From Geopsychrobacteraceae bacterium (GTDB lineage: Bacteria; Desulfobacterota; Desulfuromonadia; Desulfuromonadales; Geopsychrobacteraceae): DNA of 64,000 nucleotides. Of the stretch, positions 10,849 to 20,652 are shown one piece after another. Numbering within the stretch: the stretch's first letter is position 1; each line of letters starts with the position of its first letter. The notes under the pieces are model-generated. The model was not told where the DNA came from. It was given only the letters and a program-made list of their open reading frames with translations, and did not search any database. Position numbers and translations under genes: made by a program. Location: assembly GCA_963662315.1 (NCBI GenBank), contig OY759353.1, positions 4,352,001 through 4,416,000 on the forward strand, in the 5' to 3' direction.

Positions 10849-10891
10849 AACTCCTCCAAATATGAATGTCGGCTGATCAAGAAGGAATGTG

Positions 10892-11980
10892 TTACAACCG
10901 ATTGCGTATATAGTGATGACCGGGAAGGGCCTGAACTCGACCTTGGAGCTCTAGGTCGAGTAAAATAACGGAAAGCTCCATGGGAGTCAAGCCGCATTTC
11001 CGCGCTATTTCATCACTATGCAAGGGATTGAGCCCCAGGGTCTCAAAAACAGATCGGGCCGGTTCGCCAAGGGTCATAGTAAAATCTTCCTCAATTTTCC
11101 GTTGTTCAGATGAACTGCGTGACGGCCACAGCATCTGCAGGATATCCGTTGTTTCTGTCACCAGCTGTGCGCCTTCTTTCAGCAGGCGGTTGGTCCCCTT
11201 GCTATTCGGATTGTTCAGTGCCCCGGGGATGGCAAACAGGTCTTTTCCCTGCTCAATGGCAAAATCTCCGGTAATCAACGATCCGCTTTTTTCACTGGCC
11301 TCGACAACCAGTACGCCTCTACTGATACCGCTGATAATGCGATTTCGGCCGGGAAAATAGCCAGGCTGGGGGGGCGTTCCGGGAGGATACTCGCTGATAA
11401 TAGTGTTGTTGCGCAAAATGGTGCTGAAGAGCTGGCGGTTTTCTGCCGGGTAAGGAATATCAACCCCGCAGCCGAGCACGGCAACAGTTCTTCCTTTAAC
11501 CGCCAAGGCTCCATGATGTGCTGCGCTGTCTATGCCCCGGGCCAGGCCGCTGACGATGCAGATATCATGGCGAGCCAGATCACTGGCGATTTCCTTGGTA
11601 TAAACCATGCCGGGGGCGGAAGCTTTGCGGGAGCCGACAATGGCAAAACATTCTTCCGGAACTGGTTGTCCACGTTGATAGAGCAGGGCAGGTGGATCAT
11701 AGATGTTGCGCAATAACGCCGGATAGTCGTGATCCGAGAAAGCAACAACGCTGATGTTGAAGGTTTGTATTTTGTCAAGAACCCGAACCAGTCCTGCGTG
11801 ACTGTCGGCCGGAACTTTTTCACAAAGGCCAGGGTTTAACCCAGCTTCTCGCCACTGCTTTGGTGTAGCGTGGAGTGCCGCAGAAAAATCTCCGAAGTAA
11901 TCATGAAGTTTAAAAAGACCTATGCGTCCGATACCTTTAGTCAGATGGAGCTTGAGTAGTGCAAGATGATGCTGATCCAT
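10892..11980 (-). CDS. dprA: DNA-processing protein DprA
   Basis: AIVGSR, VSGLARGIDSAAH, FPGRNRIISG, SGSLIT, C-terminal winged helix. Confidence 0.95.
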   Translation of the reverse strand: MDQHHLALLKLHLTKGIGRIGLFKLHDYFGDFSAALHATPKQWREAGLNPGLCEKVPADSHAGLVRVLDKIQTFNISVVAFSDHDYPALLRNIYDPPALLYQRGQPVPEECFAIVGSRKASAPGMVYTKEIASDLARHDICIVSGLARGIDSAAHHGALAVKGRTVAVLGCGVDIPYPAENRQLFSTILRNNTIISEYPPGTPPQPGYFPGRNRIISGISRGVLVVEASEKSGSLITGDFAIEQGKDLFAIPGALNNPNSKGTNRLLKEGAQLVTETTDILQMLWPSRSSSEQRKIEEDFTMTLGEPARSVFETLGLNPLHSDEIARKCGLTPMELSVILLDLELQGRVQALPGHHYIRNRL

Positions 11981-12004
11981 TCCCCCTCCGAATGGTTGCC
12001 GCCA

Positions 12005-12044
12005 AATAAGAAAAAGGATTGAACGCTCAATCCTTTTTCTTATT
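12005..12044. terminator. Perfect 18-bp inverted repeat, probable intrinsic terminator
   Basis: AATAAGAAAAAGGATTGA-ACGC-TCAATCCTTTTTCTTATT between the LysM gene and dprA. Confidence 0.6.
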
Positions 12045-12068
12045 GTCTAAGCAATGATGTGGTGTTGG

Positions 12069-13100
12069 TTACTGGGTGACAAACTCAGTGTGGTCGCCGA
12101 TAACCGTTTCCTTTACGCTTTTAATAATAACAGCCGAAGCCGTTTTCGCCTTGGTTTCAAGCACAACCGCGGCACCTAACACTTCGTCCGGAAGGTCCAT
12201 ATTTCCGGCTTGCTTGAGAAACTCTTTAGATACCTGGCGTGGTCTGGACAGGTAAAACAGGTTGCCTGACTTTAATCCGTCATCTGAACCGGCATTGATA
12301 AAAAAGATGTCGGCTGTGGATATGGTCGTTTTGGCATCGCGGCCTGCGATAACGACTGCAGATGGATTAACGGTAGCACGCTCCAGAATGATTTCCTGTT
12401 GGGGGGGGGCATATTCGTACAGCTCGGCGCCGCGGGTGATTTCACGGTAGCTGCCGATAATTTTAGCGGTTACAGTTGCACCGTTAATTTCAGTGACCTG
12501 CAGGTACCCGACGTTAAACATCATGGTGCCTATGGGTTCTTTCGATACCGGGTGCTTGACCAACGAACCACGTTCAAACAGTCCGTAGGTGTCGCCGACC
12601 GTGACGCCGGAGAGGTCGTTCATTTTGACAAAAACCAGATCGTTCTTGGTCAGCAAGACGCGATTATCAACTGCATCAACAACCAGTCCCAGCGGTGTTT
12701 CATCTGTAAGAATAAAGCCGAGTCCGGAATCGGGCATGCTGATCTGGACCAGTTCGTTGTTTTCACCAGGAGTAACCGGAGCCGCTTCAACCGCATCAGA
12801 TGTTTTGTTTTCTGCTTCGCCATAGGCCGGAATGATTTCCAGTTTGCCGTCAAGGATGCGGATTTTTTGCCCTGGATAAATCAGATGCGGATTGGTGATT
12901 CCAGGATTTTTTGCCCAGACGTTCGGCCAGTAGTATGGATCATCAATAAATCTTTTGGACAGGTCCCACAGGGTGTCCCCTTTTTTGATGGTATAGATGC
13001 GGCCTTTCTCTGCCATTGCCAGGCCCGGGCCAATAATGGCAAGTACCAGTATCAGCAGTGATAACCAGCGGAAAACTGTCCGTATCATAAATTCCCTCAC
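12069..13100 (-). CDS. LysM peptidoglycan-binding protein (TsaP-like)
   Basis: Signal peptide, then YTIKKGDTLWDLS...WP.VW..NP.ITNPHLIYPGQ; upstream of dprA. Confidence 0.85.
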   Translation of the reverse strand: MREFMIRTVFRWLSLLILVLAIIGPGLAMAEKGRIYTIKKGDTLWDLSKRFIDDPYYWPNVWAKNPGITNPHLIYPGQKIRILDGKLEIIPAYGEAENKTSDAVEAAPVTPGENNELVQISMPDSGLGFILTDETPLGLVVDAVDNRVLLTKNDLVFVKMNDLSGVTVGDTYGLFERGSLVKHPVSKEPIGTMMFNVGYLQVTEINGATVTAKIIGSYREITRGAELYEYAPPQQEIILERATVNPSAVVIAGRDAKTTISTADIFFINAGSDDGLKSGNLFYLSRPRQVSKEFLKQAGNMDLPDEVLGAAVVLETKAKTASAVIIKSVKETVIGDHTEFVTQ

Positions 13101-13121
13101 TTTGAATAAAGTCGATCCGTT

Positions 13122-13856
13122 TTAATTTAATCCGGAATTTTTTTCGCCAAAGAATCTGGCTTCCGGGGTGTTGCCATAATTGTCCCGCAATTGATTTATT
13201 GCTTCATCCGCCTGTGCGTTAAGGCCGACTTTCTGGTAAAGGTTAATCAGCTGTACGAGTGCTGCCGGGGCTTTTTCCTGCCCGGCCGGGTTGCTGATGA
13301 TCTGGCGCAGATTGCTAACCGCCTGACTTGTTTTGTCCTGAGCGGCCTGGGCATTGGCCAGCCAGAAGCGCGCGTTGGGTGCATACTGATGGTCAGGATA
13401 ATTGATCAGAAACTGCTCGAAGCCAGCCTCAGCTGCGTAGTATTGACCGCTGGCAAGGTGTGAGAAAGCGGTCAGATAGCTGGTTGCAGAGTCTGCGACC
13501 CTAATCATGTCTGCCGTTCCCGCCTGTGGTAAGGGGGCCGGAGAGTCGAATTCTCTATGCTGCTCTGGGTGCAGACCCTGTTGAATCATATTTGTATTGG
13601 CCGACAGACTGTCAGTTGCCAGCGTCTGACCACCGGCCAGTTGCTGCTGAAGTTGTACGATGACGCGCTCCAGATCCTGCAATTGCTGCTGCTGAACAGC
13701 CTGTTGCTGTTTAATCTCTTGCAGTTGTTCTCTCAGGGCGAAAGATGGAGCCACTGAAGCAGGTTGGGCACAGCCGCCAAGGAATGTCAGTAAGATACTG
13801 AATGCAATAAGCGTGAAAAGAGTGTTGTGCGAGTTCTGGTTATTCAAACCGTTCAT
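13122..13856 (-). CDS. CpoB/YbgF-like TPR lipoprotein
   Basis: Lipobox LGGC, Gln-rich coiled coil, TPR pattern (F..FL.NYP...YAPNARFWLA, KAPAALV.L). Confidence 0.75.
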   Translation of the reverse strand: MNGLNNQNSHNTLFTLIAFSILLTFLGGCAQPASVAPSFALREQLQEIKQQQAVQQQQLQDLERVIVQLQQQLAGGQTLATDSLSANTNMIQQGLHPEQHREFDSPAPLPQAGTADMIRVADSATSYLTAFSHLASGQYYAAEAGFEQFLINYPDHQYAPNARFWLANAQAAQDKTSQAVSNLRQIISNPAGQEKAPAALVQLINLYQKVGLNAQADEAINQLRDNYGNTPEARFFGEKNSGLN

Positions 13857-13987
13857 CTCCAGAGACTTGTCTTAGAATGAAAAAAATTAAATCTAATTTA
13901 TAAAAATTATAGTCTTCTCCGCTGGTTGTCAAGCTGGAAAAAGGTGGATATCAGCAAAAACGTATTGAAAATTCTCGCTTTTTATCT

Positions 13988-14671
13988 TCATTTCTCAGGG
14001 TGTAAACGATACAGCCAACGCTGTGCCGTCAGCCCGATCCCATCAGTTCGTCGGTTAGCAGACAGTAAGCTGTTTAATCTGCATAGTTTTTGTGCTGGCA
14101 GGGTGGCCGCGTCCGGCAGCTTTGAGCGGACAAAATCCTTTTCGTCAGCAAAGAAGAATTCAACCTCGAATGAGTATTGCAGGTCCATGGTAAATCCGGG
14201 AAGGGTCGTCATGGCTTGAAACGCCGCCTGGCACAGTTCACTTTCGTCTCCACTGCCGGCGCCAAATTCTTTTTTTATGGTCATGAAAGACCCGCTTTCA
14301 CCCGGTTCAACAACCAGTATCGGTGCCTTAGATTTGAGTCTGTGGGCGGTTTGGAGCAGGTGTTTCTGCATGCATGCAGCAGGAATATGATGAAGGGACA
14401 AGGTATAAACAGCAACATCGTAGGGACCATTCCGGACCAGCTGTTCTTCGTCGTCGGCGTGAAGGAACGTGATATGGGGCATGGTTATGGTCCTACGGGC
14501 CTGTTGCAGCTTGGTTTGATCTGTATCGACAGCGGTAATGTGAGCGCACTCAGCAGCAAGAGACCGGGTTATGTCGCCGTCGCCGCAACCGATTTCAAGG
14601 ATTTTAAGCCCGGTGAGGGGATAGTGTTTATTTATGGCTGCAACGTACTGCTGTGCTTTGTCGACAGGCAT
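13988..14671 (-). CDS. Class I SAM-dependent methyltransferase
   Basis: ILEIGCGDG, AVD, YDV....SLHH motifs; start taken at MPVDKAQ. Confidence 0.85.
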   Translation of the reverse strand: MPVDKAQQYVAAINKHYPLTGLKILEIGCGDGDITRSLAAECAHITAVDTDQTKLQQARRTITMPHITFLHADDEEQLVRNGPYDVAVYTLSLHHIPAACMQKHLLQTAHRLKSKAPILVVEPGESGSFMTIKKEFGAGSGDESELCQAAFQAMTTLPGFTMDLQYSFEVEFFFADEKDFVRSKLPDAATLPAQKLCRLNSLLSANRRTDGIGLTAQRWLYRLHPEK

Positions 14672-14785
14672 CTCGCGTTTCTCCTTTTCAAGTTTCTTTT
14701 CAAGCGTTTCAAGATGGCAAGGTTCTATGCTATGCTCAAAGGCTTTGATAAGCAATAATTACAGTCTTTGAGGAGAACCAATAAC

Positions 14786-16006
14786 TTGACGAAGTCACAA
14801 ATCCGGTCCAAGCCGGAATTACTTATGCCCGCTGGGGATATGGCCAAATTGCAAACCGCGATTCGCTATGGGGCCGATGCTGTTTATCTGGGTACCGGCG
14901 ATTTTGGTCTGCGCGCCCACGCCGGTAATTTTGATCTGGATCAGTTGCGCGAGGCGCGGGCCCTGACCCGCGAAGCTGGAGTGGCACTGTATCTGACTCT
15001 GAATGCGTCATTGCGGGCGCAGGAGCTGTTGCCCCTGGAGGGCCTGCTTGAGGAATTGCGTCCCGTGGATCTTGATGCCTATATCATTGCTGATCCGGGG
15101 GTGTTGATGACCATTCAACAGATCGATCCGCAGCGCTCGGTGCATATTTCCACCCAGGCCAACAGCTGTAACCCGCGTACGGCTGAATTCTGGCAGCGCA
15201 ATGGCGCCAGCCGCCTGAATCTGGCCCGCGAGCTGACCCTGGAGGATATCCGGCAGTTTGCGGCGACAACCAGCATCGAACTCGAGTGCTTTGTTCATGG
15301 TGCCATGTGTGTCGCTCATTCGGGACGTTGTCTCTTATCCTCAGCTTTGCTGGGGCGCAGTGCCAACCGTGGTGACTGTGCCCAGCCGTGCCGTTGGCAG
15401 TATTCCCTGATTGAAGAAACGCGCCCTGCAGAACACTTCAGTATTGAAGAGGACGCCCATGGGACCTATATCATGAACAGTCGGGATCTGTGTCTGGTCG
15501 ACCACCTGGCGGAGATGATGGCCGCCGGTGTTCATAGCTTCAAGGTTGAAGGGCGGATGAAAAGTCTCTATTACGTGGCGACAACAGCTCGCGTCTACCG
15601 CGACGCCATTGATCGGCTGTGGGCAGACCCTCATGACCATGATCCCGAGTGGCTTCGTGAACTGGAAAAGGTCAGTCACCGTCCTTATGATACCGGGTTT
15701 CTGTTTGGTCATGATGACGCCAAAATTCACTCAGATGACACGCATTATATCCGTACCCACGATTTTGTCGGCTTTGTCCGTGAAGATGACAAGGGGCTGT
15801 GGGTCGAAGGGCGTAATCGTTTTATCTGTGGTGATGAACTGGAACTGATCGGACCACAGATGCGCCAGGAAAGGTTTGTTGTTGATCACATTGAGAATCG
15901 TAAGGGAATGGTCGTTAATGCCGGGCAGCCCAATTCCGAGCTACTGATTAAACTACCAGAATGGGCTGAAGCAGGAGATCTGATTCGGCGCAAAAGACCG
16001 GAGTAA
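14786..16006 (+). CDS. U32 peptidase family protein (TrhP/YegQ-like)
   Basis: ELLMPAG, GADAVYLG, HISTQAN, ECFVHGAMC.AHSGRC, NRGDCAQPCR, KVEGRMKS; GAGGAG before TTG at 14786. Confidence 0.88.
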   Translation: MTKSQIRSKPELLMPAGDMAKLQTAIRYGADAVYLGTGDFGLRAHAGNFDLDQLREARALTREAGVALYLTLNASLRAQELLPLEGLLEELRPVDLDAYIIADPGVLMTIQQIDPQRSVHISTQANSCNPRTAEFWQRNGASRLNLARELTLEDIRQFAATTSIELECFVHGAMCVAHSGRCLLSSALLGRSANRGDCAQPCRWQYSLIEETRPAEHFSIEEDAHGTYIMNSRDLCLVDHLAEMMAAGVHSFKVEGRMKSLYYVATTARVYRDAIDRLWADPHDHDPEWLRELEKVSHRPYDTGFLFGHDDAKIHSDDTHYIRTHDFVGFVREDDKGLWVEGRNRFICGDELELIGPQMRQERFVVDHIENRKGMVVNAGQPNSELLIKLPEWAEAGDLIRRKRPE

Positions 16007-16012
16007 GGTACG

Positions 16013-17275
16013 ATGAAATTAGTTCTTCTGATTGGCTATCTGTTGCTCAGCGGGGTTCGCTTTGGACTTGAATATCTCAACTTGCACCACCGCCAGCAAG
16101 CAGACAAAAGACTGCCTGAATCCTTTGCCGGACACATCGATGAGGAGCGTTTGCAGCAGAGTGAAGCTTATGCCCTGGCCGGGGACAAGCTCGGGTTTGT
16201 TGAGGACCTGGTTGGTATCGTACTGACCGTGGTTTTTTTGTTCGCTGGCCTGCTTCCCTGGTACGATACTTTGGTCGGGCGGCTTGAGCTGGGCTTTATC
16301 GCACAGGGACTGGTATTTTTTGGCGTGCTGGCCTTGGTGCAATTGATCCTGAGCCTGCCGTTTTCCCTATACCGTAATTTCGTGCTGGAAGAAAAGTTCG
16401 GCTTCAACCGTATGAGTCTGGGCTTGTGGGGAGCCGATTTGTTGAAATCGTTGCTGATTGGCGGTGTTCTGTTTATCGTCCTGGCCTCAGGTGCTTTATG
16501 GCTGATTGAACGGACTCCTGGCAGCTGGTGGTTGTGGGTCTGGGCCTTCTGGGCCATAGTGTCCCTGTTCCTGCTGTTCCTGTCGCCCTATTTGATTGAG
16601 CCCTTGTTTTTTAAATTTTCCCCTCTGGAACGGGAAGATCTGGAGCAGGACGTGCGGCAGTTGCTTGATCGGGCTGGAGTCACTGTCGGCAAGGTCCTGC
16701 AGGTCGATGCTTCACGCCGCAGTGGCCACAGTAATGCTTATTTTACCGGTATCGGCAAGGTGAAACGCGTCGTGCTGTTTGATACGCTGATGGATCAGCT
16801 TGAAAAACAGGAGTTGCTCGCCGTACTGGCTCATGAACTGGGGCATTGGCGTTGCGGGCATTTGCGTCAGATGTTGATTAAAAGCCAAATGATGGCGTTG
16901 TTCTGTTGTTGGGCCGCTTTTGTGTTGTTACGCAGCCAGCTGGTTCCCGGCTGGTTGGGCTTATATGATCTGTCCTTTTTTGCTCAGCTGCTGGTGCTTG
17001 GTTGGGTCGCTTCACTGGTGGGCTATCTCTGGTCTCCGGTTAGCAGCTGGTGGTCCCGTCGTCAGGAGCGTGAAGCTGATCAGTTTGCCGTTAATCTGGT
17101 GGGGAGTGGCAGGCCGCTGGCTTCGGGGCTGGTCAAACTGGCGCGGGAGAATCTCAGCAATCTGTTTCCACATCCCCTTTATACCGCTTTCTATTATTCC
17201 CATCCGCCGCTTGTGGAGCGGGTTGTTGGTCTTGAGAACAGGGTGGCTGATAAGACCGAAGCGAACGTTGCTTGA
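16013..17275 (+). CDS. M48 family (Ste24-like) zinc metalloprotease
   Basis: NAYFTG, HELGH zinc motif, EREADQFA, YSHPPLVER, multiple TM segments. Confidence 0.92.
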   Translation: MKLVLLIGYLLLSGVRFGLEYLNLHHRQQADKRLPESFAGHIDEERLQQSEAYALAGDKLGFVEDLVGIVLTVVFLFAGLLPWYDTLVGRLELGFIAQGLVFFGVLALVQLILSLPFSLYRNFVLEEKFGFNRMSLGLWGADLLKSLLIGGVLFIVLASGALWLIERTPGSWWLWVWAFWAIVSLFLLFLSPYLIEPLFFKFSPLEREDLEQDVRQLLDRAGVTVGKVLQVDASRRSGHSNAYFTGIGKVKRVVLFDTLMDQLEKQELLAVLAHELGHWRCGHLRQMLIKSQMMALFCCWAAFVLLRSQLVPGWLGLYDLSFFAQLLVLGWVASLVGYLWSPVSSWWSRRQEREADQFAVNLVGSGRPLASGLVKLARENLSNLFPHPLYTAFYYSHPPLVERVVGLENRVADKTEANVA

Positions 17276-17288
17276 GGAACGGCAGAAA

Positions 17289-17522
17289 CTAGCTGAGCTT
17301 TTCCATGCGGATAAAGCGGTTGTCCTGGTCAACGATCAGGGCAAAGCGGCCTTCTATGCCGCTGGCGGTTAAAAAAGAACGCAGGCGATAGGCCGGAAAT
17401 TGTAGGGTCTGGCCAGTTTCTGAACGCACTTGAACGCTGCTGGCGCTCCCCTGGTAGTAGCGCAGGAATTGTTGTTGCGTCAGCTTGAGGCGGAAAGTGA
17501 ATTTTTTTTCGGTGGCAGTCAT
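17289..17522 (-). CDS. DUF2835-like small protein
   Basis: FLRYYQG.A..V.V.SE.G..LQFPA..LR.FLT..GI.GRF pattern. Confidence 0.65.
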   Translation of the reverse strand: MTATEKKFTFRLKLTQQQFLRYYQGSASSVQVRSETGQTLQFPAYRLRSFLTASGIEGRFALIVDQDNRFIRMEKLS

Positions 17523-17590
17523 AGCTTTTTTCTAAGTCCTAGGCTATCCCGTTAGCCTCTACTAGCGATACAAATGGAGAAGTTTAAACC

Positions 17591-17773
17591 ATGATCATAT
17601 ACAAAGTCGTCGAAACAAGCCAGGTTGATGACCAGAGTCTGGAGCAGATACTGAACACCTGGACGGCTGAGGGATGGCAGTTTGAAGGGGTGCATTTTGC
17701 CATGCGCGAAGCCAGCCGGCGCCCGGCAATGGCTTTTGTCACCTTTACCCGGGACGACGAAGCCATCGATTAA
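17591..17773 (+). CDS. DUF4177-like small protein
   Basis: YKVVE...LE.ILN.W..EGW pattern; GGAG upstream. Confidence 0.65.
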   Translation: MIIYKVVETSQVDDQSLEQILNTWTAEGWQFEGVHFAMREASRRPAMAFVTFTRDDEAID

Positions 17774-17779
17774 AGAAAT

Positions 17780-17810
17780 ACGCCCTGCAGCTGAACTTGC
17801 AGGGCGTTTC
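17780..17810. terminator. Terminator hairpin between convergent genes
   Basis: ACGCCCTGCAG-CTGAA-CTTGCAGGGCGT imperfect inverted repeat. Confidence 0.55.
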
Positions 17811-17817
17811 CATATGT

Positions 17818-18783
17818 TTAATAAGTCAGGCCGCCTTTTTTGCGAACTTTGCGCAGGGTTTTATTGGCAACATAGCGTGCTTTGTCGGCACCCATAGCCA
17901 AGATTTTGCGCAGACTGTCGGGATCCTCAAGGAGCGCCTTGCGCTTCTCGGCATAAGGAGCGAAAAAGTCACGGGTTGTCTCAAACAGTTCCTGTTTGAC
18001 GTCACCGTAACGCAGGCCGGGAGTTTCATAGCGTTTGCGCAGCTCGGCGACTCCTTCTTTATCAAGGAACAGACGGTAGATCTGGAAAATGTTGCAGGTG
18101 TCGGGGTTTTTGGCTTCTTCGACCGGGGTCGGATCAGTGACGATGCGCATGATCTGCTTACGCAGGGCCTTCTCATCCTGAAACAGGTCGATGGTGTTGC
18201 CGTAACTTTTGCTCATTTTACGGCCATCGAGACCGGGAACGGTCGCGACATCTTCGTCGATCTCCGGTTCCGGCAGGGTGAAGACCTCGCCATATTCATT
18301 GTTGTATTTAATGGCGATATCGCGGGCGACTTCCAGATGCTGTTTCTGATCCTTGCCGACCGGGACGACGTCGCTCTGGAACAGCAGAATGTCGGCGGCC
18401 ATCAGGACCGGGTAGGCAAACAAACCGTGGTTCGGTTTGATCCCCTGGGCGACCTTGTCTTTATAGCTGTGACAGCGTTCAAGCAGGCCCATGGGGGTGA
18501 AGTTTGACAGCGCCCAAGATAACTCCTGAACTTCGGGAATATCCGACTGAACCCAGAAGGTGCTTTTTTCCGGATCGAGACCCAAGGCCAGAAAGTTGGC
18601 CGCTGCCTCAAGGGTTCCTTTGGCCAGGACCTTACCGTCCGAGACACTGGTCATGGCATGGTAATTGGCGATAAAGCAGAAGAGATCCTGATTTTCCTGA
18701 TGATCGATCATCTTCTTCATCATGCCGAAGAAGTTTCCGAGGTGAAGTGAACCCGATGGCTGGATACCGGACAGCACACGCAT
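17818..18783 (-). CDS. trpS: Tryptophan--tRNA ligase
   Basis: SGIQPSG.LHLGN (HIGH), YPVLMAADIL, VPVGKDQKQHLE, KMSKS; GGAGG before ATG at 18783. Confidence 0.96.
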   Translation of the reverse strand: MRVLSGIQPSGSLHLGNFFGMMKKMIDHQENQDLFCFIANYHAMTSVSDGKVLAKGTLEAAANFLALGLDPEKSTFWVQSDIPEVQELSWALSNFTPMGLLERCHSYKDKVAQGIKPNHGLFAYPVLMAADILLFQSDVVPVGKDQKQHLEVARDIAIKYNNEYGEVFTLPEPEIDEDVATVPGLDGRKMSKSYGNTIDLFQDEKALRKQIMRIVTDPTPVEEAKNPDTCNIFQIYRLFLDKEGVAELRKRYETPGLRYGDVKQELFETTRDFFAPYAEKRKALLEDPDSLRKILAMGADKARYVANKTLRKVRKKGGLTY

Positions 18784-18911
18784 AGCAATTCCTCCTGTAA
18801 ATCCATAAAGGAGGGGACAGAAAATGATTCTGTCCCCGACAGTGTTCATGTAAAATTCAATGCCGATGAATCTAGCAGATCGATTTGTACAAGGTCAATA
18901 AGGTAATAGAC

Positions 18912-19874
18912 ATGCTCAGACAATCAACTCGTGCAAGGTTTTCAGTGGCTCTAACCATCCTGTTCGGGATGTTGGTTTTTTCCATGTCGGCTGACGCCTG
19001 GTACCCGCGGCTTGCAAGCGAGGCGCTGATAACGCCCCATCGCGGTGGCGTGGTCGGGAGTAATCGCCCCTATGTCGTTGGCAACGATGAAACGCTGATG
19101 GAAATCGCTCGGCGTGGGCGCCTGGGCTTTTCAGCTCTGGTTAATGCCAATCCGGGGCAGGACGAGTGGTTGCCGACCGTGGGGTCTGAATTACTGCTCC
19201 CCTATGCCGCAGTTATTCCGCAGACCTTTGAACCCGGCATTACGGTAAACCTGGCCGAGTATCGCCTCTATCTGGTGGAGAAGCAGGATGATGCCTACCG
19301 TATCCGGATTTATCCCATCGGTCTGGGGCGCGAAGGGTGGCAATCTCCGGAAGGGGCCTATCGTATTGCCGAGATGATCGAGGATCCGGTCTGGACCCGG
19401 CCGGAAGTCATGCGTGACCCGGATTTGCCGTCGATAATTGAAGCCGGTCCTGATAATCCCCTGGGACGCTATTGGTTGGGGTTGTCAATTCCCGGCTACG
19501 GCATCCATGGAACCAACCGCCCGTTTGGTATTGGTCGGCGGGTCAGTCATGGCTGTATCAGGCTCTACCAGGCAGATATTGAAGACCTGGTTAAGCGGGT
19601 CAAGCGGGGGACTCCGGTGACCATTATTTATCAGCCGGTCAAGGTGGTAAGCAGCGACGGACAGTTGGTGGTGGAAGTTCATCCCGACTACCTGGGGCGT
19701 TTTGCTGATTTGGAACAAGAGGTCATGGCACGCTTGGATCAGGCGGGCTGGCAGGGGGAGCCAGATAAGGACTTGCTGCGTAAGATCGCCAGCGAAGCAA
19801 AAGGGATTCCGGTTGTCGTGGGACAAAGCGCAATAAGCCGCAGTCATTCAGTGCCGAAAACGCCAGAATCTTGA
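18912..19874 (+). CDS. L,D-transpeptidase (ErfK/YbiS/YcfS-like)
   Basis: Signal peptide, LysM-like segment, GPDNPLG, GIHGT, SHGCIRL catalytic motif, C-terminal VEVHPD domain. Confidence 0.9.
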   Translation: MLRQSTRARFSVALTILFGMLVFSMSADAWYPRLASEALITPHRGGVVGSNRPYVVGNDETLMEIARRGRLGFSALVNANPGQDEWLPTVGSELLLPYAAVIPQTFEPGITVNLAEYRLYLVEKQDDAYRIRIYPIGLGREGWQSPEGAYRIAEMIEDPVWTRPEVMRDPDLPSIIEAGPDNPLGRYWLGLSIPGYGIHGTNRPFGIGRRVSHGCIRLYQADIEDLVKRVKRGTPVTIIYQPVKVVSSDGQLVVEVHPDYLGRFADLEQEVMARLDQAGWQGEPDKDLLRKIASEAKGIPVVVGQSAISRSHSVPKTPES

Positions 19875-19885
19875 TGAATTCAAAC

Positions 19886-19917
19886 AAAAAAGCCCTGTAT
19901 AGAACAGGGCTTTTTTT
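19886..19917. terminator. Bidirectional intrinsic terminator
   Basis: AAAAAAGCCCTGT-ATAGA-ACAGGGCTTTTTT between convergent genes. Confidence 0.8.
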
Positions 19918-19937
19918 AACAGTCAACCAAAGACCGT

Positions 19938-20267
19938 TTACTTCTGTTGCGTCATCTTGAAAGCAGTCGCAGCTTTTGAAGCACTGACTTTTGCACTTGT
20001 CGCGGCAGCTTCGGCAGCATCGGCAGATGCTTTGGCGGCATCAGCGTAGTTCATAGCTTTAGCAGCAGCGGCTTCTGCTGTTGTTGCGGCAGCTTCAGCG
20101 CGATCAGCAGACTTGCTGGCGCTGGCTGCAGATGCCTGGGCACTTTCCGCAATTTTTAAGGCGTTGTCGAGCTTTGCCTGATCACTTTCAGACAATTTAG
20201 CGACGCAGCCGGACAAGAGTAACATGCCCAAACTAGCAGCACCAAGAATGACTCCTAAACGTTTCAT
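19938..20267 (-). CDS. Alanine-zipper outer-membrane lipoprotein (Lpp/OprI-like)
   Basis: Lipobox LSGC, Ala-rich heptads, C-terminal Lys (KMTQQK); GGAGG RBS. Confidence 0.75.
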   Translation of the reverse strand: MKRLGVILGAASLGMLLLSGCVAKLSESDQAKLDNALKIAESAQASAASASKSADRAEAAATTAEAAAAKAMNYADAAKASADAAEAAATSAKVSASKAATAFKMTQQK

Positions 20268-20407
20268 GTTGCCTCCTTTGTTCGCTTTTTTTACCTGGTT
20301 AAAAGGTTCTCAACGATCTTCATGTCCTGTTTTGCAAGGCATTTAAATGTCTTGGCGCAGGATCAAAAATGGTAATAGTACACCATTTCGAGATATTTGT
20401 CAGTTTT

Positions 20408-20629
20408 TCACTGCTGCTGGTTGCCCATCATAGCAGCCAGTTGCAATAATTGCTGCAGATCCATGCCGCTTTCCTTGAGAATGCCGAGCAGGACCGGGAA
20501 CAGTTGCAACATAAAACCCGGTTCGTTAATGACCTCTTTGGCCAGGTCGGGCAGTGCTTCGAGGATAAAAGCTTTCTTGTCCTCTGTTGACAGGCCCATC
20601 ACGGCACTTTTTATCTCTTCAACGTTCAT
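20408..20629 (-). CDS. Small hypothetical protein
   Basis: 73 aa ORF with GGGAG RBS directly downstream of lon. Confidence 0.7.
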   Translation of the reverse strand: MNVEEIKSAVMGLSTEDKKAFILEALPDLAKEVINEPGFMLQLFPVLLGILKESGMDLQQLLQLAAMMGNQQQ

Positions 20630-20652
20630 TTAAGTCTGACTCCCTTGTTGGT

